Under the pieces are notes generated by a model. The model saw only the letters and a list, made by a program, of their open reading frames with translations. It made no database searches and was not told the DNA's origin. 40,115 nt of DNA from Candidatus Brocadiia bacterium (GTDB lineage: Bacteria > Planctomycetota > Brocadiia > SM23-32). Positions 18,666-28,241 of the stretch are shown one piece after another; positions within the stretch are counted from its first letter, which is position 1, and every line of letters begins with the position of its first letter. The position numbers and the translations under genes are program-made. The DNA is taken from contig JBKHIT010000045.1 of the NCBI GenBank assembly GCA_046538485.1, forward strand, positions 1 through 40,115, in the 5' to 3' direction.

Positions 18666-18830
18666 AGCTGGACTGATTGGACAGAGTGGGCGTTCTTATG
18701 GGGAGACCAATTTGAGTGACAATTAGCTGATTCTGAAGCATGGCGGCTACCGGGATTTCGAAGAGCAGGGTGGATTTGCCGAGAGGCTCTACAGGACGCG
18801 GAAACGGAAAAGGGACAGTTAATCCCCGGT

Positions 18831-21797
18831 TCAGGGGATCTGAATTTCCAAAATCAGCTTCCCGCCGGGACATTCGAGGTGGGTTTCTCTCTCCGGGGAT
18901 TCGACGGGTTCGGCCGATCCGGTCTTTACCTGAAGTTCCCCGGTGAAAGGCAGCTCAAGAAGAGTCGGTACCGATTCTGGGAGGCCGACATCCAGATGGA
19001 AAATCCCGTTTTCTGCTTGCCAGAGGCATTCGATGCAGCCGCGAGGCGTGGGGACACGCCCATGGGCCCAGGTCAAATTGCCAACATGGGGCGCGATCAC
19101 TACACGGGCATAGCCGGGCTCTAGCGGTTTGACCCCCAGTACTTCGCGAGGCAAGAAATACGAAGGTGCAGCGCTCCAAGCGTGACAGTGACTCCGGGTG
19201 AGCCTTTCCTGTTCGGCATGATAATTTTCCCAGAAAGTCGTCGCCCCGGCATTAATTTGCAGCCCCCAGTAATTGCGAATTGTTTGCACCAGGTCATCAT
19301 ATTTCCCGGCTTTCACCATCGTTTCCAGAAGGAAGAACATGAAAAAAGGACTTCCTGCCGTGACGAAATCCTCGGGAGGCTCAATCGCGAGCGACAACGC
19401 GCGTTCGGCCCGGTCCGCTTCGGCAACTTCCGCCAGATAGGCCATGGTTTGAGTTTGCTGACTGAACGTTTCACTATGAACGCCGTCGGAATGAATGGAA
19501 TCGATATAGGCGCGTCTGTCCTCGTCCCAGAGGTGTTCATTAATGGCGTTCTTGAGCCGATCAGCGCTTTCTTCCCATCGCTGAGCACGTCCTTTCTGCG
19601 TCGTACGGAACGCCAGGTCGGCGCATTGTCGAAGAGCGAGCACAGCGAGACAATTCAAGTGGGTAACGATGCCCTCGTTTGGTGCATCCATCGGCGCCCA
19701 ATCGAGCATATTCCAGGCTTCGATGTCGAGAAGGTCGTCGTCATTGATATATTGTTCGAGTCCGCAGATATTGCGTTCGAGGTATCGGAGCATATCTTTC
19801 GCGAGCGGTTCATCGTCGGTCAAAAGGTAGTGTTCCTGAGCCCATCGCATCCAGAGAAGACTCCAGGTACTGAGGATTGATGCCCATGCACTCGGGACGT
19901 GGCACTCGACCAGTTCCGAACGGTCCAGGCTACGAGCAGCTTGAAGCCAGCAATGCCGGCTGAGTTGCGGATCGCCGTTGACAAGCAGATCGACAAGCGC
20001 TTCGTTTCGCGCATCGCCCACCCAATGCGTCTGTTCATAGGTTGGGCAATCGGTATAGGTATCTTCGGAGCAACACCGAAGTGTCCGCGCACCGACCTCC
20101 CAGATGCGCGAGAGCATGCGGTCGGAACATTCAAATGCACCATCGCTTTTCTGCGGATAGGTGTTAAAAATTGCCCGCACGTAGCGAATCCGGACAGGTT
20201 TATTGAAGTTCCGCAGTGTCAACCAGCTATATCGGAAACCCCTCCGAACGAAGGTTTTGTAATGCTGGATACCTTCCCGGCAGACGTAACGAAATGTGTT
20301 ATTCATCCCTTCTGCGAGATTTTTCCGTCCGTCACGTTGAATAAATTCGAAATTATGGTCATCAATAATCGTGTTTTTGGGAGCGTCGATTTCAAGCTCG
20401 TGGTAACCGACCAGTTCATCCCCGAAATCCAGCAGAAGCCGGACCGAACACCCATCTTCCGGGGGGAACACGACCGTCCATTCGGGAGTGTCTTGGAGCA
20501 TGGCCTCCGGATTTTCGAGCTCGACCGGGCTGTTTTCAACGGTTTCCTCAGACGCGCATATGGCGAAGACGTCCGTGGTTGTCCAGGAGTCTTCGGGCAT
20601 CGGGCGGGCGAATTCTGCTATGAGGTCATCTGGATCGGGTCGACCGCTTTCCCAGAGAGCTTCGTATTTTTCTTCTGTTGCACCTTCCGGTATCTCCTCG
20701 GCCGTAATGAACTTTCCGAGGGGGTGTTTTGTCTCTGAAATCCCTTCGAAAGGTCCCAGTGCAAGCCAGGGGATGTCTGAATTTTCAGCGGAGGGAATAG
20801 CCGCGAATCGCACTGCTTTTTCAGTCCAGAGATTGATCGATGTCCGGTAGAAATGAGTTTTTTCTGGCATTCGGTGCATGAGAACGTTCCATCCGTTCTC
20901 CAGCCGAACGGTCGTTGTGCCGGCTGAGGAAGTTTCCTTGCCGTGCTCTTGAAAATCCAGAATTTCACCGTTCAATTTCCAGTCAGCGTCCCCATGGGGA
21001 CTTTGCAACCGGAGATCCTGAGCTTCCTGACTGTAGATGTGGGTTACCAGCAGCATTTTGCCTCGAAACATACTGGCTGATAGATCCTGACTGTTGAGGA
21101 GGCGTCGGGGATTCAGAGACCAGGTGAACGGTGCCGCGCGAACCATTTCGGCGCTGACGAGACGTTGAGGCTTAACCGGTTCGCGCGTGAGGTGAGGAAT
21201 ATCTCGCAGGACGAGTGTTTCATGCGGAGGTTGCCCGGGACGGCGCAAAACCCGGGAACGTTCCCATCCAGAGTCGTCAAAACTCAGTGATCGCCAGTCG
21301 GAATCGTTGGGAGACACTTTTCGGGCGTCGTATTGTTCTTCCCAGGCCTGCTGGCAGCTGATTCTGGGGACAGGCCATCCGTATCCCGGATGGGCTCGGC
21401 TTTGCCAGGCACGGTTGGTGACGATGCGCTGGCCGTTCTGAGCGGTTTTGATGTCGACTTGAGCGAGAAGACCCGGTTCGGAGTTGATATACTGGAACGT
21501 ACCAACACCGATATCCTGAACGATTGCTGCGAGGACGTTATCTCCCGGCTGCAAAAATCCGGTAAGATCGTAGCGGTCGACGCGCCAGGAGGAAGGCCAG
21601 GAGCGAATGGGACCGTGGCCAATCCATGAGCCGTTCAGGTACATTTCATACCTTGCGTCGGCGGTTATTAAAATCTGCGCTTCCTCGACCACATCCTTTA
21701 CCGTGAAGCAGCGCCGAAAACAGGCGAAGTTATTGGCGGGTCGTTTGGACCTATCGTTCCAGATCCATCGTGCGTTTTCATCAAACGTAACTTTCAT
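18831..21797 (-). CDS. Alpha-L-rhamnosidase-like glycoside hydrolase, family GH78
   Basis: ITADARYEMYLNG, LLLDFG, GFRY, YTDCPTYEQ..WVGD, GATTFWE, SHCHAWS; ATG at 21797 with GGAG RBS. Confidence 0.9.
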   Translation of the reverse strand: MKVTFDENARWIWNDRSKRPANNFACFRRCFTVKDVVEEAQILITADARYEMYLNGSWIGHGPIRSWPSSWRVDRYDLTGFLQPGDNVLAAIVQDIGVGTFQYINSEPGLLAQVDIKTAQNGQRIVTNRAWQSRAHPGYGWPVPRISCQQAWEEQYDARKVSPNDSDWRSLSFDDSGWERSRVLRRPGQPPHETLVLRDIPHLTREPVKPQRLVSAEMVRAAPFTWSLNPRRLLNSQDLSASMFRGKMLLVTHIYSQEAQDLRLQSPHGDADWKLNGEILDFQEHGKETSSAGTTTVRLENGWNVLMHRMPEKTHFYRTSINLWTEKAVRFAAIPSAENSDIPWLALGPFEGISETKHPLGKFITAEEIPEGATEEKYEALWESGRPDPDDLIAEFARPMPEDSWTTTDVFAICASEETVENSPVELENPEAMLQDTPEWTVVFPPEDGCSVRLLLDFGDELVGYHELEIDAPKNTIIDDHNFEFIQRDGRKNLAEGMNNTFRYVCREGIQHYKTFVRRGFRYSWLTLRNFNKPVRIRYVRAIFNTYPQKSDGAFECSDRMLSRIWEVGARTLRCCSEDTYTDCPTYEQTHWVGDARNEALVDLLVNGDPQLSRHCWLQAARSLDRSELVECHVPSAWASILSTWSLLWMRWAQEHYLLTDDEPLAKDMLRYLERNICGLEQYINDDDLLDIEAWNMLDWAPMDAPNEGIVTHLNCLAVLALRQCADLAFRTTQKGRAQRWEESADRLKNAINEHLWDEDRRAYIDSIHSDGVHSETFSQQTQTMAYLAEVAEADRAERALSLAIEPPEDFVTAGSPFFMFFLLETMVKAGKYDDLVQTIRNYWGLQINAGATTFWENYHAEQERLTRSHCHAWSAAPSYFLPREVLGVKPLEPGYARVVIAPHVGNLTWAHGRVPTPRGCIECLWQAENGIFHLDVGLPESVPTLLELPFTGELQVKTGSAEPVESPERETHLECPGGKLILEIQIP

Positions 21798-22023
21798 CTG
21801 GTCAATCTCCAGGTTTGACAAAACCTTCAACCGCAGTCTGAAGAGTTAATGGCCTTAGTAAGTGGGGCCGGTAGCATAGACGGGTTGGACGTGAGTTTCA
21901 ATGAAAAAAGCGGGATGAAGTGCAAAATGATTGAAGGTTCTCAAGCGGAAGATTATACTGAATGTGAGGAGGACCGGACGCCTGATCGTTATTTGCGGCG
22001 TCCCTTGCCGGAGATCTAAACGT

Positions 22024-22743
22024 ATGTTTTTGTACCCTTTCGATCCTTTTATACTTCTTCTCGTCCCGCCTTTGATTCTTGCTTACTATGCCCGGTCGAA
22101 GGTGAAGAGTACTTTCGAGGAGTTTTCCCACCGCATTTCGAGTTCCGGGATCACCGGAGCCGAAGCGGCCAGGCGCATTCTGCGTCGGAACGGACTTGAG
22201 GAGGTGGAAATCGAGCAGGTGGAAGGTCACCTGAGCGATCACTACGATCCTCGGGAAAAAGTTTTACGTTTGAGCACGGGGGTTCATGACTCGAACTCTC
22301 TGGCGGCTCTCGGTGTGGCTGCGCATGAAACGGGACATGCACTACAGGATAAGCGGGGGTATTTACCACTCAAGATTCGGAAAGGCATTTTTCCGCTTGC
22401 GGCTTTTGGAAACAATCTCGGGCCCATTATTTTCATAGTGGGTCTTGGTATGCTGTTTTTTACTCAGGGTCGAGGGCAGATCCCTCAGCTGGTAGCGCAG
22501 GCGGGGATATTGCTTTTCAGTGCCGGCGCTTTCTTCACGATCGTGACTTTGCCGGTGGAATTTAACGCAAGCAAACGGGCTTTGCGAGTATTGGTTCAGC
22601 AGAACATTATCTCTCCCAGCGAACGGGAAGATGCTCGAAAGGTTCTCCGAGCGGCTGCGCTCACCTATGTGGCGGCGGCTTTCATGGCAGTGATGATGCT
22701 GGTGCGGTTTATTCTTATTTTCCTTGCAGTCAGGGACGAATGA
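22024..22743 (+). CDS. Membrane neutral zinc metallopeptidase (YugP/Zn_peptidase_2 family)
   Basis: LSDHYDP, VAAHETGHALQ (HExxH), TLPVEFNAS.RA, L.AAALTYVA. Confidence 0.93.
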   Translation: MFLYPFDPFILLLVPPLILAYYARSKVKSTFEEFSHRISSSGITGAEAARRILRRNGLEEVEIEQVEGHLSDHYDPREKVLRLSTGVHDSNSLAALGVAAHETGHALQDKRGYLPLKIRKGIFPLAAFGNNLGPIIFIVGLGMLFFTQGRGQIPQLVAQAGILLFSAGAFFTIVTLPVEFNASKRALRVLVQQNIISPSEREDARKVLRAAALTYVAAAFMAVMMLVRFILIFLAVRDE

Positions 22744-22851
22744 CCTTAAGGCCGCTTTTCGCAGGCAGTGAAAGCACATTAAGCCCTGAATTCTTTACCG
22801 GCGGAAGTGGATTTTTCGAGGCACAGAGATTGTGCCGCGGAGGGTGTCCGT

Positions 22852-22880
22852 TTGACAGGTCCCGAAAATGGAGTCAAAAT
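22852..22880 (+). promoter_or_regulatory. Putative sigma70 promoter of the V-ATPase operon
   Basis: TTGACA-17 nt-CAAAAT. Confidence 0.5.
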
Positions 22881-22942
22881 AGGGTTTCATTTTCCGTGCT
22901 CCCCACGTGAGTTATTCCGTCTGATTTTTTGGCGCCTTACCT

Positions 22943-23257
22943 ATGTCCGAAAACATCGTTAAACAGGTCCAGAGTATCGAAGAGAAGGCCGACCGAATCG
23001 TCCAGGAGGCGAGAGAAAAGGCCCGTGAACTGAAAGCCTCGGTCGAGGAAGAAGCAGAAAATTACCGAGAAGAGAAGGAGCAACAACTTCAGCAAGAGCT
23101 TGAGGTGTTTACTGAAGAGGTTGAAGAACAGACGGAGCAACAACTTGAAGAGATAGACCAGAAGGCTGAGTCCGCGGAGAACAAGCTTGATTCCCTTCCC
23201 GAAAACACCCTCAACGGGGCCGTGAAAGATATTGTTGAGAAGATGCGGAGCGACTGA
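22943..23257 (+). CDS. atpH: V/A-type ATPase subunit H/G (peripheral stalk)
   Basis: Charged coiled coil IEEKADRIVQEAREKA; first gene of the operon. Confidence 0.8.
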   Translation: MSENIVKQVQSIEEKADRIVQEAREKARELKASVEEEAENYREEKEQQLQQELEVFTEEVEEQTEQQLEEIDQKAESAENKLDSLPENTLNGAVKDIVEKMRSD

Positions 23258-23259
23258 GA

Positions 23260-25260
23260 ATGGCCATTGATCGCATGAAACACGCAACCCTGCTTGCTCC
23301 GAAACGGTTGACGGGGCAGCTGCTCGATTCCCTCCAGGAGCAGGGCGTCATCCACGTCGAGGAAACGGCCGAAGAGTTGCCCGAATCCGAAGGATTTGCA
23401 AAGCCGGCAAAATCGACCGACGAGGCCGACCAGCATGTGAATAAACTCGAGGAGATTCTGCGCATCTTCGACGATTTTGAGGTCAAAGAATCCTCCCTGG
23501 CCAAAATGGTCGTCCACCTGCCGACGCGAGTCGATCAAGCCGAACGCGGCCGCGTTCTTGAGAACTTCGACTACCGCCCCCTTTACGAAGAATGCACCGA
23601 AGCCGCGCGGGAACACCAAAAGCACCAGGACGCTATCGGGCGGCTGGAGGAGGAAATTGAGAACCTCGAATTTTTCCAGGATCTGCCGTTCTCCCCCGAA
23701 GACGTGCGGTCGTTGAAGACCGTCAAGTGCTGGGTGGGAACTATGCCAGCCACCCACTTTCAACACTTTGAGAATGATGAGGAAATGGCGGAGGTCGTGA
23801 GCGTGCAGAAGGTGCGGGCCCGCAAGCGGGGAATCGACATGGTCGCGGTTGCCCTCCCCGAAGACGCCGATGAGGCCGGGCGTATCCTGCGGCGCGAACA
23901 GTTTGCGGAACGGACCCTCCCCGAAATCGATGAGAGCATCGCGAGTCGTCTGGAAAAACTCCAGGTCCAGAAAAAGGAACATGATGAGGGTGCTCGGGAA
24001 TGCAGCAAACGCATCGAAGAAGCATCAGAGCATCAGCGTGAAGTCGAAATTATGCTCGGGTACTGGGAGGCCCAGAGCGCCCGGATACGCGCCGAAAACA
24101 ATGCTCTGAGGAGCAACCGTATCGCGGTGATCTCCGGTTACGTCCGCGCGAAAGACCAACATCGGCTGTATGATTTGCTCGATGCGGATTTTCCGCAGGT
24201 CAGCGCGCTGTATCGCGATCCGACGCCCGAAGATGATGTGCCCGTCTCTCTGACTCACGGCCCCCTGACCAAACCGGTGCGGGTGCTGGTGGATATGTTC
24301 GGGGTGCCCGATTATTTCGGGTTCGATCCGACGCCTTTCCTGGTGATAAGTTTCCTGGTGTTTTTCGGTATGTGTTTTGCCGACGCTGTCTACGGTCTCG
24401 CCCTGGCACTGATCTGCTGGTATTTATCCCGAAAAGCAAAAGGATACGAGGGCTTGAGAAATCTTATTCTGCTTTTCGCATACTGCGGCGTTTCAACCAT
24501 GGTTTTTGGGGTGCTGAGTGGGTCGTGGGCGGCCGATCTACCCATCCGTATCGCCGGGGACAAAAGCGCGGTGGCTACAGCCGTTAATACAATGGCGGTG
24601 GTCTCGCCCATGGACAGTGCGGTGGACCTGCTGCTGCTGACGTTTGCGATCGGTGTGGTTAACCAGCTGTATGCCATGGTTCTGAAAGGTTACGGTCAAA
24701 TACGCCGGGGGCATCCGCTTGACGCTTTTTTGGATGCCGGTCTCTGGATCATCATGATCCCGAGTTTCCTCATTATCATAGCTCCCATCTTTGTCGAGAT
24801 GCCCGAGAGAGTACACAGAATAGGCACGAGAGTGGGGTTGGTCACGGCGATTCTTCTGGTTCTGACACAGGGTCGCAAAGAGGAGAGCATCATCGGGAAA
24901 GCAGCCATCGGGCTGGTCAGTCTCTACGGTGTGATGGGATCTTACGGATGTGTTTCGTTTATCAGTGACATGTTAAGCTATTCGCGTCTTCTGGCGCTGG
25001 GTCTCGCGACGACCGTTATCGGGATGTCGCTCAATATCGTGGCGGAGATGCTGAACATCGGTGGTGTGATTGGGATTATTCTTTTTGCTCTCGTTGTGGT
25101 GTTTGGCCACAGTGTCAATTTTGCACTCGGTATGATCGGGGCGTTCGTCCATCCGGTGAGATTGATTTTCGTTGAGTTTTTCAGTCGGTTCTACAAGTCC
25201 GCAAGCGATCCGTTCCGTCCGCTTTCCTGGAGCACGGATCACGTCATTGTGGAAGGTTAG
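23260..25260 (+). CDS. atpI: V/A-type ATPase subunit I (a)
   Basis: MAIDRMK, FGVPDY..FDPT, SDMLSYSRLLALGL, HPVRLIFVEFFSRFY. Confidence 0.95.
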   Translation: MAIDRMKHATLLAPKRLTGQLLDSLQEQGVIHVEETAEELPESEGFAKPAKSTDEADQHVNKLEEILRIFDDFEVKESSLAKMVVHLPTRVDQAERGRVLENFDYRPLYEECTEAAREHQKHQDAIGRLEEEIENLEFFQDLPFSPEDVRSLKTVKCWVGTMPATHFQHFENDEEMAEVVSVQKVRARKRGIDMVAVALPEDADEAGRILRREQFAERTLPEIDESIASRLEKLQVQKKEHDEGARECSKRIEEASEHQREVEIMLGYWEAQSARIRAENNALRSNRIAVISGYVRAKDQHRLYDLLDADFPQVSALYRDPTPEDDVPVSLTHGPLTKPVRVLVDMFGVPDYFGFDPTPFLVISFLVFFGMCFADAVYGLALALICWYLSRKAKGYEGLRNLILLFAYCGVSTMVFGVLSGSWAADLPIRIAGDKSAVATAVNTMAVVSPMDSAVDLLLLTFAIGVVNQLYAMVLKGYGQIRRGHPLDAFLDAGLWIIMIPSFLIIIAPIFVEMPERVHRIGTRVGLVTAILLVLTQGRKEESIIGKAAIGLVSLYGVMGSYGCVSFISDMLSYSRLLALGLATTVIGMSLNIVAEMLNIGGVIGIILFALVVVFGHSVNFALGMIGAFVHPVRLIFVEFFSRFYKSASDPFRPLSWSTDHVIVEG

Positions 25261-25393
25261 CCCGGATTTTTGGCTCAGAAGGGTTGTGAACGGTGTTTAA
25301 TAAATATTCTACCCTAATTTGGCAAGGATGGCTTCCAGTTACCCGTAAAATCCGGGCCAAAAAACGACCATTTCCCCCGACGAGGGTCGTTCA

Positions 25394-25506
25394 GCGCTCC
25401 GAAGGAGTGCCTGAGAGCATAGCCCCGTGCGGAGGCGGCGTCAGCCGCCGGAGTTCGGGGGTCAGGGTGCGAAAAAATAGAATGCGTCCCGAAGGGACGC
25501 TTGAGA
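25394..25506 (+). repeat. REP/MITE-like element inside the ATPase operon
   Basis: GCGCTCCGAAGGAGTGC - AGCCCCG - GGCGGCGTCAGCCGCC - GCGTCCCGAAGGGACGC; homologous to 13591-13706. Confidence 0.85.
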
Positions 25507-25676
25507 AGAAACTGGTGCCTTCATGTTTTCGTAAGTTCTTACTTATGAACGGTATGCGCCGTTTTATATGGCCTGTACCCGTAAGTTGCAGGCCGGACAG
25601 TTGAGAGCGAGTTGCGCTGATTTGATAAACGACTTTGTCCTTTTCGTCTGGAAAGCACAAATTGGAGGATTTGACG

Positions 25677-26213
25677 ATGTTTGATGAACTGTTGAGGCAA
25701 TACTTCATTGCGTCGGGACTTGGCTGGGCCGCCGCGGGAGCGATGTTTGCCGTGATGTTTGCGTGCATCGGTTCCGCCCGCGGGATCCGCGTTGCCGCGT
25801 CTCAGGGGACCGGTATTCTCACCGAGAAGCCCGAACTCTATCCCTGGGTGCTGACATACTCGGTTCTGCCCGGAACTCAGGGCCTGTACGGTTTTGTGGC
25901 CGCGATCCTGATTGCGACCAACGGCGGTCTCAACGCCGGGAAGTTCACCGTGTCGCCGCTTGTCGGTGTTGCGCTGCTGTTCGTCGGGTTGTGTATGGGC
26001 CTGGTCGAGTGGAAGAGCGCCGTCTACCAGGGCGAAACCTGTTCTTCCTGCCTTAATCTGGTGAGCAAGGAACCCGACCAGGCGGGACGATCCCTCGCCC
26101 TGCCGGTTCTGGTGGAGTTCTACGGGCTGGTGGCGCTGCTGGTGGCCTTCCTGCTGATTAACTGGCTCACCGCCGGCGAGCTCGAATTGGTCAATCCCAT
26201 GATGGGCGGCTGA
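25677..26213 (+). CDS. atpK: V/A-type ATPase subunit K (c), four-TM NtpK type
   Basis: GSARGI, LPGTQGLYGF, AVYQG, LVEFYG; ATG at 25677 with GGAGG RBS. Confidence 0.95.
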   Translation: MFDELLRQYFIASGLGWAAAGAMFAVMFACIGSARGIRVAASQGTGILTEKPELYPWVLTYSVLPGTQGLYGFVAAILIATNGGLNAGKFTVSPLVGVALLFVGLCMGLVEWKSAVYQGETCSSCLNLVSKEPDQAGRSLALPVLVEFYGLVALLVAFLLINWLTAGELELVNPMMGG

Positions 26214-26248
26214 TTGACCGTACCTCGTCCATTTTCGAGAGGTCCACA

Positions 26249-26848
26249 ATGACAGTTGAACGTATACGTGAAGCGGTTCTCTCCGAGGCACGGGAAGAAG
26301 CCGAAGAGATTGTGAGAGAGGCCCAGGAACTCCACGACAGTCGGCTTGAGTCGAAGAAAAAAGAAATCGATCGTGAACTGGAAGGCCGCTACGAGCAAAA
26401 AGGTCGGCGCGCTGAACAGGAGCAGGAACGCCGGGTTATGAACCGCCGTTCCGAACATAACCTCAAACTCCTGCAGATGCGAAATTCCATTCTGGATGAC
26501 CTGTTTAAGCGAGCCGGGCAACGGGTGGCTGAGCTCCCCGACGATCAATACCGCGAATTGCTCGCCGAATGGATGGATGAGATCCCGGGTGGCACCGAAG
26601 GTAAAGTTCTGTGCCGCGAGAAAGACGCCGATCGCGTCCGTCCGCTCATTGACGAACTCAACCAGGAGCGGGAAACGGATGCCCAATTGGAGCTTGTTCC
26701 CGGAGACGACCCGGAGTTGGGCGGGGTGATCTTTCAGACCGAGAAACTTGAGGTGGACCTGTCGGTCAAATCCCGGGTCAATTCACTTCAAGAAGAACTG
26801 GCCCCTGAAATTGCTGCTGAAATCTTCCCTGAAGATATCAGCGTCTGA
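26249..26848 (+). CDS. atpE: V/A-type ATPase subunit E
   Basis: N-terminal coiled coil; LGGVI..EVDLS; operon position. Confidence 0.9.
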   Translation: MTVERIREAVLSEAREEAEEIVREAQELHDSRLESKKKEIDRELEGRYEQKGRRAEQEQERRVMNRRSEHNLKLLQMRNSILDDLFKRAGQRVAELPDDQYRELLAEWMDEIPGGTEGKVLCREKDADRVRPLIDELNQERETDAQLELVPGDDPELGGVIFQTEKLEVDLSVKSRVNSLQEELAPEIAAEIFPEDISV

Positions 26849-26884
26849 GGTCTCCAGCTACAAATTAAGGAAAACAAAATTCCG

Positions 26885-27877
26885 ATGTCCGCTGCCGTGA
26901 GAAGAGATCAATGGACCTACGCCAGTGGCCGCACCGCGGCCCTGGAGTCCCGGATGGTCGATATGGATTTTTTTCAGAATATCATCCAAATGTCGGACGC
27001 CGACAATATGGTGCCGCGACTGTCCGAGACTCTGCTGGGGGAAACTCTAAACCGGAGCGATGATCTGCGGGAAGCGGATCGGGCCATCGATGAGGCCTAC
27101 AGGGAATTTATTGTCGAGCTGCAGGGCGTGAGCCCGGACCCGCTGGTGGCGAATCTGACGTTGTGGCGGAAAGACCTGCGAAGTCTGCGCAATCACATTA
27201 AACGGAATTACATGGACGTCTCAGTTTCGGAAGTCCCCTCCCGCTGGCAACCGGCGCAATGGGACCGCCTCTGGCAGGACCTGCTGACTCCCCTGCCGCC
27301 GATTTTTGGCGAGATTGTGGAACGGTGCCAGGACGTGGCCGAATCGGCTGAAAGCCCGGAGATGTTCGATGCCGTATTCGACTCAGTCTCCCTCAAAGTG
27401 CTCTGCGATAAAGCGCGCGAAACCGAGTCTGAATTCATTACAAACTGGTGGCAGCGCTACGATACCGCGCACGGCGTCGAGTTTTTGTGGCGGGGCCGTG
27501 CTCTGGGCTGGGGCGATGAGGCCATGAATCTTCTGGTTCGCGAACGACAGGATACGGAGTTGTTCGATGAATTGTCGGTGCGGGAACTGGATGAATGGCC
27601 CGAGCTTTTGCCGTCCAGCATGGAAGGTCTGGACGTGAGCGGCCTCAGCAGCGGAAGCGGTGTGGAAAAGATCCGTTCCTTTGCACAGTCCTACGACCGA
27701 TGGTTGATGGATTACGCACGGGAAGCCCGTTACATCGCCTTCGGACCCGAAAGGATTTTTGGAGGTTTGCTCGGTCTCAGCGCGGAGTCCTACAATATGG
27801 GACTCGCCGTGGTGGGCCGGGCCAACCAGGTGGACCCGGATCGGTTAAGCAAGCGCATGAAAGCCCTTTACGTCTGA
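26885..27877 (+). CDS. atpC: V/A-type ATPase subunit C (d)
   Basis: YASGR..LE.RM, AFGPE, C-terminal RMKALYV; operon position. Confidence 0.88.
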   Translation: MSAAVRRDQWTYASGRTAALESRMVDMDFFQNIIQMSDADNMVPRLSETLLGETLNRSDDLREADRAIDEAYREFIVELQGVSPDPLVANLTLWRKDLRSLRNHIKRNYMDVSVSEVPSRWQPAQWDRLWQDLLTPLPPIFGEIVERCQDVAESAESPEMFDAVFDSVSLKVLCDKARETESEFITNWWQRYDTAHGVEFLWRGRALGWGDEAMNLLVRERQDTELFDELSVRELDEWPELLPSSMEGLDVSGLSSGSGVEKIRSFAQSYDRWLMDYAREARYIAFGPERIFGGLLGLSAESYNMGLAVVGRANQVDPDRLSKRMKALYV

Positions 27878-27891
27878 GCCTGGAGAAAGAA

Positions 27892-28221
27892 ATGGCGGAA
27901 ACAGACAAAGTTGTCGCGATCGGCCCCCGGGAAGAGATGAAAGGGCTTCGCACCATCGGAATCGAACTGGTTCCCGCCGAGAGGCCCGAACAAATGCTCG
28001 AAACGCTCGACGAACAGGTCAAAAAACCGGAAGTGCGGCTCGTGGTGGTCAGTGAGAGTGTGAGCGAAGGGAGCCGTGAAGAACTGATGAATCTGCGTCT
28101 TGAGACGGATACCGCGATCCTGCTGATTCCTTCTCACCGTGGTTCGCAGGGCGTAACGCTCGATTGGATCCGTCAGGAGATGGAACAGTCAATCGGAGTC
28201 GATGTTATTTCTGAGAAGTAG
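27892..28221 (+). CDS. atpF: V/A-type ATPase subunit F
   Basis: KVVAIG..GLRTIG, ILLIP, QSIGVDVI; true start is the ATG at 27892. Confidence 0.9.
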   Translation: MAETDKVVAIGPREEMKGLRTIGIELVPAERPEQMLETLDEQVKKPEVRLVVVSESVSEGSREELMNLRLETDTAILLIPSHRGSQGVTLDWIRQEMEQSIGVDVISEK

Positions 28222-28241
28222 ACCCCTCATGGGAGGGATAC

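Noticed and set aside
27595..27891. Extended N-termini in the ORF track (atpF; also 5745, 16287, 17334, 21830, 21931, 25635, 35014, 38326)
   Set aside because: Downstream ATGs fit the RBS position and/or the family N-terminus better
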